Source of the DNA: a virus
Virus record (IMG/VR): IMGVR_UViG_3300025395_000007
Length of the DNA: 64,000 bases
Reading direction: 5' to 3' (one strand)
In this document: in pieces, positions 36,917 through 45,211 of the stretch
Layout of the letters: the number at the start of each line of letters is the position of its first letter
How positions within the stretch are numbered: the stretch's first letter is position 1
The notes under the pieces: generated by a model
Databases searched by the model: none
What the model saw: the letters and a program-made list of their open reading frames with translations, nothing else
Told to the model about the DNA's origin: nothing
Translations under genes and position numbers: made by a program

Positions 36917-37860
36917 TGGCTTTAGTTAGTAGATTATACAGTAATGGAAGTCTTTTAGTTTTAAATAACTGTTTAGATGAAGTTTCTTTAAATCCTCCTC
37001 TTGGTAGTTTATATTTTGCCTCTGCCGCCACGAATTATATGACTTATCCATCAAATACGGTATTTCAGGCTAATACTCCAGGTGGTTTAACTGCGGAAGC
37101 GTGGATATATCCTTTAGGTATTACGGCAAGCATGGGCATCATGGGATATAATGATGTTTCTCCAGGCAACGTTTCCAATGCTGGTGGCTGGATGTTCCAT
37201 ATAGCCACAACTGCTGGTCAGTTAAGTTTTGTTACATATCAAAATGATGCTGGTACATCAACCACAACTTTAAATAGCGGTACTAATTTAGTTACTAATA
37301 ATGCATGGAATCATGTAGCAGTTACTGTAAGTGGAACTACTGGAAAGCTTTGGTTAAATGGTACTAACGTTGGTAGTAATACAATAGGAGCCACTACTTA
37401 TGGAAATGCTATTCTTACAATAGCTGCTTGGAATTATTCCGCGCCAAGATTATTTAATGGATATATGACTGATATTCGTATAAGTAATACAGTTGTATAT
37501 ACTAGTAATTTTACTGCACCAACAACTAAATTGACAGCTAACTCATCTACTCAAATACTTTTTAATACACCATATAATCTTCCTACTAATAGTGCATTTT
37601 TTGATTCTAGCCCATATAGAAGAGATCTTACTGGATTGCTTGCTTATGGTCCACCTGCAAATGTTAGTAGTAGCCCATCGCTTACATATATAACTCCATC
37701 TTTAACAAGTCCGCCACAGAGATTAAATAGTAATGGTTTGTTTCAAGTTTTAGGTGGATTTGACGAAGTAACAAGTTTAACTGGACAAGCCTCTAGATTA
37801 TTCAGTAATGGTGTTTTAAATATAGCGGGTAATTTTGATGAGGTTTCGACACTTGTATAA
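36916..37860 (+). CDS. LamG/concanavalin A-like lectin domain protein
   Basis: TAEAWIYP, NAWNHVAVT, LWLNG, FNGYMTDIRISN..YTSNFTAPT. Confidence 0.85.
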   Translation: MALVSRLYSNGSLLVLNNCLDEVSLNPPLGSLYFASAATNYMTYPSNTVFQANTPGGLTAEAWIYPLGITASMGIMGYNDVSPGNVSNAGGWMFHIATTAGQLSFVTYQNDAGTSTTTLNSGTNLVTNNAWNHVAVTVSGTTGKLWLNGTNVGSNTIGATTYGNAILTIAAWNYSAPRLFNGYMTDIRISNTVVYTSNFTAPTTKLTANSSTQILFNTPYNLPTNSAFFDSSPYRRDLTGLLAYGPPANVSSSPSLTYITPSLTSPPQRLNSNGLFQVLGGFDEVTSLTGQASRLFSNGVLNIAGNFDEVSTLV

Positions 37861-37873
37861 TAGGGGATAATTT

Positions 37874-38953
37874 ATGGCGCTTCTTGCAAATGGAACAAGA
37901 ATATTCGGTACAGCTAACGTTGACACATCCATAACTGTTGGATCGAACAGTACAACTGTTACGGCTATTAATGCCACTTCTAATACTGGATATGGAGTGT
38001 ACTCTACTTCTAATAGCTCTATCGCTGTATTTGGCGTTTCTACAGCTGCGCAGGGTGGATATTTTGTATCAAATTCTGGTACTGCTCTTTATGCGCAGTC
38101 AAATACAGGTAGGTTAGCTTTATTTTCAAATAATACAAATACAATTGCAACTATTAACTCTAGTAGTGTTTACAGTAACGTTGGATTTACTTCTTCTGTC
38201 AATAACCAAAGATTATCATTTACACCTGTTGCAGGTGGCGCTAACGTATATTTCAATCAACAGAACGATGATAACTTTGTATTTTATTCTACTAATACTT
38301 CAAACCAGCCGAGAGCAATTTGGTCTATATTTGGTAATAATAATACCAGCAATCTTACTATAAGTGTGCCACTGAATGTTCAATCTGTTTTTATCGCTAA
38401 CTCTACTCAAGTAACTACTACTGTACCATTTTCTGCCAATGCTTCAGTTGGCACAGCTGGTCAAGTTTTAGTTTCGAACGGTGCTACTGGTTCGCCTTTT
38501 TGGAGTTCTGCTGTTAGGTCTGGTACAGCAGTCGCAACTACATCTGGAACATCAGTTGATTATCTTAGTATTCCATCATATGTAAAACGTATTACAGTAA
38601 TGTATAATGGGTTTTCGACGAGCAGCACCAGTAATTATTTAATTCAATTAATTACTGGTGCATCTACTGTAGTATCTACTGGTTATGTTTCTTCTTGCAG
38701 AAGTGCCACCAGCACTGCAGGTTTTTTAACAGTTGATGGACCATCAGCTGCAAGTTTGACATCTGGTTCAATTACTATATCTAATCTTAGTGGTAATATA
38801 TGGGTATCATCTGGCAATCTTCAGATATCTGGCGGTGTTGTATATTATTCTGCAGGTATAATATCACTTGCTGCAGCATTAACTGGAGTTAGAATAACTT
38901 CTGTGACGCCAGATACTTTAGACGCTGGTTCCGTCAACATACTTTACGAATGA
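37874..38953 (+). CDS. tail fibre / receptor-binding protein
   Basis: SNTGYGVY beta-helix repeats; GTAGQVLVSNG; C-terminal domain paralogous to 41544-42266. Confidence 0.7.
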   Translation: MALLANGTRIFGTANVDTSITVGSNSTTVTAINATSNTGYGVYSTSNSSIAVFGVSTAAQGGYFVSNSGTALYAQSNTGRLALFSNNTNTIATINSSSVYSNVGFTSSVNNQRLSFTPVAGGANVYFNQQNDDNFVFYSTNTSNQPRAIWSIFGNNNTSNLTISVPLNVQSVFIANSTQVTTTVPFSANASVGTAGQVLVSNGATGSPFWSSAVRSGTAVATTSGTSVDYLSIPSYVKRITVMYNGFSTSSTSNYLIQLITGASTVVSTGYVSSCRSATSTAGFLTVDGPSAASLTSGSITISNLSGNIWVSSGNLQISGGVVYYSAGIISLAAALTGVRITSVTPDTLDAGSVNILYE

Positions 38954-38960
38954 GGAAAAT

Positions 38961-39086
38961 ATGTCAATTATTCAAGTAGATGTTCAAACAGGTATTGTAA
39001 CTATTATCGAAGATGATGGAAGTATTACTGTTGTTACAGATCCAAATCTACCAGATACTTCTAATACATCAACATCAAATACTTAA
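38961..39086 (+). CDS. 41-aa hypothetical protein (not in ORF track)
   Basis: GAGG SD then ATG; MSIIQVDVQTGIVTIIEDDGSITVVTDPNLPDTSNTSTSNT. Confidence 0.55.
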   Translation: MSIIQVDVQTGIVTIIEDDGSITVVTDPNLPDTSNTSTSNT

Positions 39087-39129
39087 AATATGGGTTTCTT
39101 AACCAACGAGTTAACAAAACTATAATTTG

Positions 39130-39137
39130 TATAAATA
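39130..39137 (+). promoter_or_regulatory. T4-type late promoter
   Basis: TATAAATA in intergenic DNA ahead of the 39169 gene cluster. Confidence 0.8.
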
Positions 39138-39168
39138 AAAGAAATATCGCCAATAGGGAGAGTGAACT

Positions 39169-39753
39169 TTGGCCGACACTAATTTCATAGTTAAAGACGG
39201 TTTAACCGTCAATTCAACAGCTATAGTCAATTCAACAGCTATATATTTCGGCACGATTAGTGCATCATCTAATGGATATTTCTCCAATCAAACTATTATT
39301 ACCATCGGTAATTCATCTGTTAATGGTACGATAAATTCAACATCTGTATCTCAAACAGCAAATAATACTTTGTATGTTGGATCTACAACAGCTGCTAACG
39401 TAGTTTCGAATACACAATTAACTTCTAATTTAGCTAACTATGCAACATTATCTGGCGCTACATTTACAGGTAATGTTTATGTCGGTACTGGATCAAGTAA
39501 TACATGGGTTACAACTTCTGGTATTTACTTCGATGGTGTTCCTTTTTCTGGCGGTACTGATTATAGTAAAGGTAACTATGGTGCAGTTGGCTCTCCTTTA
39601 AATGCAGGCAATATGTTTAGAATTAATGCCAATACAGTTTCTAACAATGTAACTATTGACGCGCAAGATAATGCATCTGTTATTGGTCCTATAACAATCA
39701 GCGGTGCTTATTCGATAACAATTTCAACTGGCGGTAGATTGGTAATACTATGA
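39169..39753 (+). CDS. fibre adaptor-like structural protein
   Basis: GGGAG SD plus TTG; N-terminal NFIVKDGL; C-terminal NASVIGPITI..LVIL domain shared with 40534-40818. Confidence 0.65.
   Translation: MADTNFIVKDGLTVNSTAIVNSTAIYFGTISASSNGYFSNQTIITIGNSSVNGTINSTSVSQTANNTLYVGSTTAANVVSNTQLTSNLANYATLSGATFTGNVYVGTGSSNTWVTTSGIYFDGVPFSGGTDYSKGNYGAVGSPLNAGNMFRINANTVSNNVTIDAQDNASVIGPITISGAYSITISTGGRLVIL
39208..39243 (+). repeat. 18-nt perfect tandem duplication
   Basis: GTCAATTCAACAGCTATA x2, encoding VNSTAI twice. Confidence 0.9.
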
Positions 39754-40532
39754 GTACACTTAATGTAGCAAATATAAAATCATCAAATAGCATAACTGAT
39801 TTATCAGTCTCCTCTGCTAATACTACTAGCGGTTCATTAGTTGTATGGTCAAATGGTGCTGGTGTAGTTATCAATGGTAACTATGCTACGCCAGATGCAT
39901 ATTTCTATTCTAATGGGCAAGTTTATGTTCCAACACAAATTCTTGCAGGTACAAATTCGGGCGCTGTAACTGCTATTACTGGCATATCCAATACTGCATA
40001 TGGTGTTTATGGCAATTCGAATACTTTAATAGGCGTCTATGGATTTTCTAATACAGGTTATGGTGTTTATGGATCATCTCCATCTGGAACTGCTGGTGTT
40101 TACGGATTATCAAATACAGGTTATGGTATTATTGCTTCATCAAATACTGGACCTGCTCTTTATGCACAATCAAATACAGGTGTTGTAGCGCAGTTCTCTA
40201 ATGCTACTACTACACTTGCTAGAGTGGAAGCCAACGGTAACTTTACACTCGGTTCTTCTACTATTGCAGCTAACGGTTATTCTCGTTTACCAAATGGTTT
40301 GTTGATGCAATGGGGTTCAATGACAGCTACAGTTAACGCTTCAACTATTGCAATAGGATCTTTTACAACACCGTTTAACACTTTGTATTCATTCCTAATA
40401 ACTGGAAAAAACGTAGTTAACATAACTCAAGCTTCTACTGTTAGTGCAAATAATACAAATTTTTCATGGTATACAAATTATTCAGCTGGTGCAACTTCAA
40501 CTGTAATGAACTATATGGCAATAGGAGTTTGA
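39750..40532 (+). CDS. tail fibre / receptor-binding protein
   Basis: SNT.YGVYG repeats; C-terminal GYSRLPNGLLMQWG..MAIGV domain paralogous to the 19501 gene. Confidence 0.7.
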   Translation: MSTLNVANIKSSNSITDLSVSSANTTSGSLVVWSNGAGVVINGNYATPDAYFYSNGQVYVPTQILAGTNSGAVTAITGISNTAYGVYGNSNTLIGVYGFSNTGYGVYGSSPSGTAGVYGLSNTGYGIIASSNTGPALYAQSNTGVVAQFSNATTTLARVEANGNFTLGSSTIAANGYSRLPNGLLMQWGSMTATVNASTIAIGSFTTPFNTLYSFLITGKNVVNITQASTVSANNTNFSWYTNYSAGATSTVMNYMAIGV

Positions 40533-40533
40533 T

Positions 40534-40818
40534 ATGTCAACACTACAGGTAGCTAATATTTGGTTTGAATCGACTCAAAACAATGGTATACAGTATCTTG
40601 GTACTAACAACTATTCATTTATTGCAGCTGGTTCCAATGCTATGTATATAACACAGTCGGCGGTATCATTTGGTAGCGCCATTGTCGAAACAAGTAGAAC
40701 AATAGCAGCAAGTTACACAATTACAGCAGGTAAATCTGCTATGTCAATTGGTCCTTTAACCTTTAACTCAGGTGTGACTGTAACAGTTCCATCTAATAGC
40801 AAATGGGTGATATTATGA
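40534..40818 (+). CDS. small fibre adaptor-like protein
   Basis: MSTLQVANI start; SAMSIGPLT..VTVTVPSNSKWVIL end. Confidence 0.65.
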   Translation: MSTLQVANIWFESTQNNGIQYLGTNNYSFIAAGSNAMYITQSAVSFGSAIVETSRTIAASYTITAGKSAMSIGPLTFNSGVTVTVPSNSKWVIL

Positions 40819-41306
40819 GTTCATTAACGCTTAGTGGTGATACTAGCGGTTCAGTAGTTATTCAAGCACCTGCAGTATCAGGTTCTACCGCTCTTACATT
40901 ACCAACAACAAATGGTACTATTATAACTAATGCTTCAAGTAATGCATTACCAATTGCTGCCATACAAACTACTTCTGGTACTGCCAATAGCAGTACATAT
41001 CTTACAGGTAACGGCTCTTGGGCTTCAATATCAACTGCTGGCGGATTAAATGGCGCTTGGAGTAACGTAACTGCAACTAGAGCTCTTTCTACAACTTATA
41101 CTAATAGCACTGGTTATACCATTATGGTTTCTGTAAGCACATCAAGTCAAACTAGTAGTATAGTTGGATATGTTAATGGAGGCGCAATATTTGCTGCTTC
41201 ATGGGGAGGCAGTTCTTTCCAGTCAACTTGCGTTATGGCAGTTCCAAATGGCGCAACATATTCAGTTGTTGGTGGTACATTAGCTAGTTGGTGGGAGATG
41301 AGATAA
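40815..41306 (+). CDS. short fibre / receptor-binding protein
   Basis: LSGDTSGSV.IQAPAV.G..LTLP; RALSTTYTNSTG..VPNGATY..WWEMR; ATGA overlap with upstream stop. Confidence 0.7.
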   Translation: MSSLTLSGDTSGSVVIQAPAVSGSTALTLPTTNGTIITNASSNALPIAAIQTTSGTANSSTYLTGNGSWASISTAGGLNGAWSNVTATRALSTTYTNSTGYTIMVSVSTSSQTSSIVGYVNGGAIFAASWGGSSFQSTCVMAVPNGATYSVVGGTLASWWEMR

Positions 41307-41542
41307 TGAAATATTTTAAAAATACTATAACTGGTGAAGTTTTTGGATATGATGAAACTGATCTAACACAAATTCCTCACATGGAAATTCGTTTAGCTAG
41401 CGAACCACATGAAGATATTACTGACAATTGGCCTTTGCCACAGGAAGAATATATTGCCCCAAAATTAACGTTGGAACAATTACAAGCGCAACTTTCAGTT
41501 CTTACTACCCAAATAAAAGCATTAGCGAATACAGGAAGTTAA
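41306..41542 (+). CDS. putative tail fibre assembly chaperone
   Basis: MKYFKN..GEVFGY start and LEQLQAQL tail; coupled to the upstream fibre gene. Confidence 0.55.
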   Translation: MKYFKNTITGEVFGYDETDLTQIPHMEIRLASEPHEDITDNWPLPQEEYIAPKLTLEQLQAQLSVLTTQIKALANTGS

Positions 41543-41543
41543 A

Positions 41544-42266
41544 ATGGCAGTAATATTTAACGCAACAACAACTACTACTGGGCTACAAATATCATCTGAT
41601 AGTAGCGGTGCTTTTCAGTTTGAGACTAATGGCGCAAATACAGTAAGTATCAGTAATACTGGTACTATTACATCAAATGGTTTTTCAGGAAACTTAGTAT
41701 CTACTTCAGGTGGCATTTTAATTCCACCATCTACAGGTACAGTCACGATTCCAGCTGGTACGGGTACTGCTGCTGTCCAGGGTGTGTCGACGAATATCGT
41801 ACAGGGTACGTCACAAGCATCTACGTCTGGCACGACAATTACTTTCACAGGTATTCCAGCTTATGCAAAACGTATTACGATCATATTTAACGGCATTAGC
41901 ACAAACGGAAATTCCAATTACTTAATACAAATTGGTAGTGGTTCTATAACAAGTACTGGATATGTAAGTGCGTCAATATCAGCACAATCTAATGCCCAAA
42001 GTTCGGCTGGCGTTACGTCAACTACTGGTTTTATTGTTACAAGCGCAATTAGTGCCACATATCTTTTTAGTGGGTTTATTTATTTATTAAATATAAGTGG
42101 AAATACTTGGGTTGAAAACGCTACAATAGTTGATGCAATTGGTGATAGAGCTGAAAGTAGTTCGGGCAACGTGACTCTTTCTGGTTCTCTCGACCGAGTA
42201 CGCATCACCACAGTAAACGGCGCTGATGCCTTTGACGCTGGTTCCGTCAACATACTTTACGAATGA
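41544..42266 (+). CDS. short fibre / receptor-binding protein
   Basis: TSGTTITFTGIPAYAKRITI..LDRVRITT..FDAGSVNILYE. Confidence 0.7.
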   Translation: MAVIFNATTTTTGLQISSDSSGAFQFETNGANTVSISNTGTITSNGFSGNLVSTSGGILIPPSTGTVTIPAGTGTAAVQGVSTNIVQGTSQASTSGTTITFTGIPAYAKRITIIFNGISTNGNSNYLIQIGSGSITSTGYVSASISAQSNAQSSAGVTSTTGFIVTSAISATYLFSGFIYLLNISGNTWVENATIVDAIGDRAESSSGNVTLSGSLDRVRITTVNGADAFDAGSVNILYE

Positions 42267-42276
42267 GAGAAAATAA

Positions 42277-42843
42277 ATGTCAATAATAATAGACGGTACA
42301 AATGGTATTACATTTCCAGATACAAGTAATCAAACAGCAGCTGTTGTAATTGGAACTTCTAATATTGTTCCATCTGGTGTAGTTCTTCCATTTGCAGGCA
42401 GTGCAGCTCCAACAGGTTGGTTACTAGCGTATGGTCAACCTGTAAGTCGTACAACTTATTCTTCTTTATTCACTGCTATTAGCACTACATATGGTACAGG
42501 TGATGGTTCGACGACATTTAACCTTCCAGATCTTCGCGGTCGTGCAGTTGCTGGCGTTGATAATATGGGCGGTAGTGCTGCAAATCGTCTTACATCTGGC
42601 GGCTCTGGTATCACAGGAACCACCCTCGGTGCATCGGGTGGTGCTGAAACATTTACAATTACAACAACTCAAATGCCAAGTCACAGTCACAATCTTGGCG
42701 TTGGTGGTAGCGTAGGCGGTACTGCCAATGGTTATTATCCGCAGTCAGTTACTGGATCCTTAACGACTCAATCTGCAGGCAGTGGTGGCGCATCTAATGT
42801 AACTCAACCAACTATAGTTATTAACTATATCATCAAAACATAA
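42277..42843 (+). CDS. phage tail collar domain protein
   Basis: PSGVVLPFAGSAAPTGWLL..GQ.VSRTTYSSLF.AI..YG.GDGSTTFNLPDLRGR; HSH; NYIIKT. Confidence 0.9.
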   Translation: MSIIIDGTNGITFPDTSNQTAAVVIGTSNIVPSGVVLPFAGSAAPTGWLLAYGQPVSRTTYSSLFTAISTTYGTGDGSTTFNLPDLRGRAVAGVDNMGGSAANRLTSGGSGITGTTLGASGGAETFTITTTQMPSHSHNLGVGGSVGGTANGYYPQSVTGSLTTQSAGSGGASNVTQPTIVINYIIKT

Positions 42844-42852
42844 GAGGATATC

Positions 42853-43068
42853 ATGAGAGTAACAGTAATATTTCCTGATAATTCAATTGGTGTAGATGGT
42901 CAATTCAAACATCTAGATAAAGTAACTCCAACAGATGCAAACTGGAGAGTTATACAGTGGTATGATACATATGGAAACATCGAAGTATATCAAGGCGATC
43001 GTATTTGGCTTGATGATATAACTCTTGTACAGCCATACGTTGATCAATGGAATTCTGCAAATACTTAA
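42853..43068 (+). CDS. small hypothetical protein (possible fibre chaperone)
   Basis: GAGG SD; D..IGVDG..IQWY..G.IE pattern; follows the collar gene. Confidence 0.6.
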   Translation: MRVTVIFPDNSIGVDGQFKHLDKVTPTDANWRVIQWYDTYGNIEVYQGDRIWLDDITLVQPYVDQWNSANT

Positions 43069-43078
43069 GGACTAATTA

Positions 43079-44170
43079 ATGTCGATTATTGTCGTTGATA
43101 AACTATCATCTAATAATGTGTTATCGACAAATAGTATTGTTTATGCAACAAATACTAATGCAGCTACCATCAACACAACAGCTATAGCTTTACCTAATAT
43201 ATCATCAACCTTAGCATTGTCTCCAAATACAATAAGTGCATATGGTTCTAATGCTACTAGTGTACAAGGCGGTGGTATAACTATAAACACAACTGCTATA
43301 TCAGTTGGTAATTCTTCAGCCAATATAATAATAAAAGGTCAAATTAGTACACCTACGATTTATGTTGGTGGATTTGTTAATTCTGCTGCTTGGAATGGTC
43401 CGTTTACAGCGTTTAATTATGATTATACTCTTTTTGCAGCTAATGCTATTGGTAATAATGGCATTAGTGTTTCACCTGTCATGTTTCCAACTAATACAGA
43501 GACTGTTAATACTCAAATATTTACTGCAAATGGAACTTGGACTGCACCTTCTTGGGCAACAACTGGTTACGAGCTCGTATTCGTTCATATGTGGGGCGGT
43601 GGTGGTGGTGGAAACACAGGCTTAGGTGGCGGTGGCGGTGCTTTTGTTTATGGAATTTATACTATGAGTCAATTAGCAAATGCTTCATACACTGTAACAG
43701 TTGGTTCTGGTGGAGCCGCAGGAGTTGCTGGTGGCAATTCTAGTTTTAATACTGCTGGATCACAAGTTCCAACTTTAACTGCTTATGGCGGCGGACCTGC
43801 TAATACTACAGTGGTCGGCGGCGGAGGTGGATGGTTTGGAGCGGGTAGCGCAGGAACTGGTGGTGGACCCCTTGGGGGAAATAATTCAGCAATAAATAGT
43901 TCTTCAACTTTTGGTGGCGGTGGAGCTAATACTAATGGTACAGAAAGCCGAAATTCTATTTACGGTGGCGCTGCAGGTGGTACATCATCTCCAGGTATTT
44001 CAATATATGGTGGCGGTGGCGGCGGTAGTACAGGAATAGGATCTTCAGTGTACGGAGGATTTGGTGGGAATGGTTCAGTATCTGCTACTACACCAGGAGG
44101 CGGTGGTGGTGCAAATAATGCAGGCGCTCGCGGTGAAGTACGTATTTACACCATAAGGAAATTATATTAA
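43079..44170 (+). CDS. glycine-rich adhesin-like protein 1
   Basis: QIFTANGTWT.P, WGGGGGG, repeated S.YGGGGG, GARGEVRI. Confidence 0.75.
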   Translation: MSIIVVDKLSSNNVLSTNSIVYATNTNAATINTTAIALPNISSTLALSPNTISAYGSNATSVQGGGITINTTAISVGNSSANIIIKGQISTPTIYVGGFVNSAAWNGPFTAFNYDYTLFAANAIGNNGISVSPVMFPTNTETVNTQIFTANGTWTAPSWATTGYELVFVHMWGGGGGGNTGLGGGGGAFVYGIYTMSQLANASYTVTVGSGGAAGVAGGNSSFNTAGSQVPTLTAYGGGPANTTVVGGGGGWFGAGSAGTGGGPLGGNNSAINSSSTFGGGGANTNGTESRNSIYGGAAGGTSSPGISIYGGGGGGSTGIGSSVYGGFGGNGSVSATTPGGGGGANNAGARGEVRIYTIRKLY

Positions 44171-45207
44171 TGTCATCAGTAAACGTAGATACTATCTATT
44201 CAGGTACAGTTGCAACTAATAGTTTGTCATATGGTAATACATCAGGTAATTTGCAAATACAATATAATTCTTCTTCTTTAGTTGTAGGTTCAAATCTTAT
44301 AATTAATAGCTCAAATATTTTAATCAATAGCACTGCAATTTATGTTGGTAATAGTTCTGTTAATACTACTATAACTGCAGATGGTTTAACAACAAATAGT
44401 ATTATCATTAATGGTACTACATATAATACTTTTCCAACATTTGCAAATACAATAAATTATCAAGTATTTACTGCAAATGGAACTTGGACAAAACCATCTA
44501 ATGCTGGTCCAAATGATCTTGTTACTATTATGGCATGGGGAGGTGGTGGAGGTGGAGGTGGAACTACCTCAGGAAAAGCTGGTGGCGGTGGCGCATGTGT
44601 CGTAGTTAACCTTTTAGCATCTCAATGTAACGCAGTTTGTAATGTTGTTGTAGGATCTGGTGGAGCAAATGGTGGCGCTGTTGTAAATAATGGAGCTGCA
44701 GGACAATCATCAATATTCTACGCCAACTCTGTAGTTCCAACAATTATAACTGCATATGGTGGTGGCGGTGGAAGTGGAAATACTACTGCAGGAGCTTCAG
44801 GTAGTGGTGGTGGATGGTTTTCTACTGGAAGTACACCTTCTAGTACTACTGATGGAACTGCTCAAATTGGAGGTGGTCCTATTGGAGGAAATGGTACTAT
44901 ATTTGATTCTACATTTGGTGGTGGATTTGGAGCAAATAGTTCATTAAATGGCGGTGCTGGTGGTAATTCAATATATGGCGGTGGCGGTGGCGGTAGATCA
45001 TCAGGAGTTGGTGGTTCTTCTATCTATGGCGGTGGCGGTGGCGCGACAAGCGGCTCTACTGGTACATCTAATTTTGGCGGAAATGGCGGAAACTCTTCAG
45101 TACTAGCAACAACTCCAGGCGGTGGCGGTGGCGGTGGCCAAGGCTTAGTGAATGGATTTACAGGTGCTCGCGGTGAAGTTCGCGTTTGGATACAACACGT
45201 AGGATAA
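44170..45207 (+). CDS. glycine-rich adhesin-like protein 2
   Basis: QVFTANGTWTKP, WGGGGGGG, S.YGGGGG, GARGEVRVW. Confidence 0.75.
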   Translation: MSSVNVDTIYSGTVATNSLSYGNTSGNLQIQYNSSSLVVGSNLIINSSNILINSTAIYVGNSSVNTTITADGLTTNSIIINGTTYNTFPTFANTINYQVFTANGTWTKPSNAGPNDLVTIMAWGGGGGGGGTTSGKAGGGGACVVVNLLASQCNAVCNVVVGSGGANGGAVVNNGAAGQSSIFYANSVVPTIITAYGGGGGSGNTTAGASGSGGGWFSTGSTPSSTTDGTAQIGGGPIGGNGTIFDSTFGGGFGANSSLNGGAGGNSIYGGGGGGRSSGVGGSSIYGGGGGATSGSTGTSNFGGNGGNSSVLATTPGGGGGGGQGLVNGFTGARGEVRVWIQHVG

Positions 45208-45211
45208 TAAC

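Larger units (their letters stand above)
38921..42267 (+). repeat. 34-nt exact direct repeat at the 3' ends of two paralogous fibre genes (38921-38954 and 42234-42267)
   Basis: GACGCTGGTTCCGTCAACATACTTTACGAATGAG in both, including the stop codon. Confidence 0.92.
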
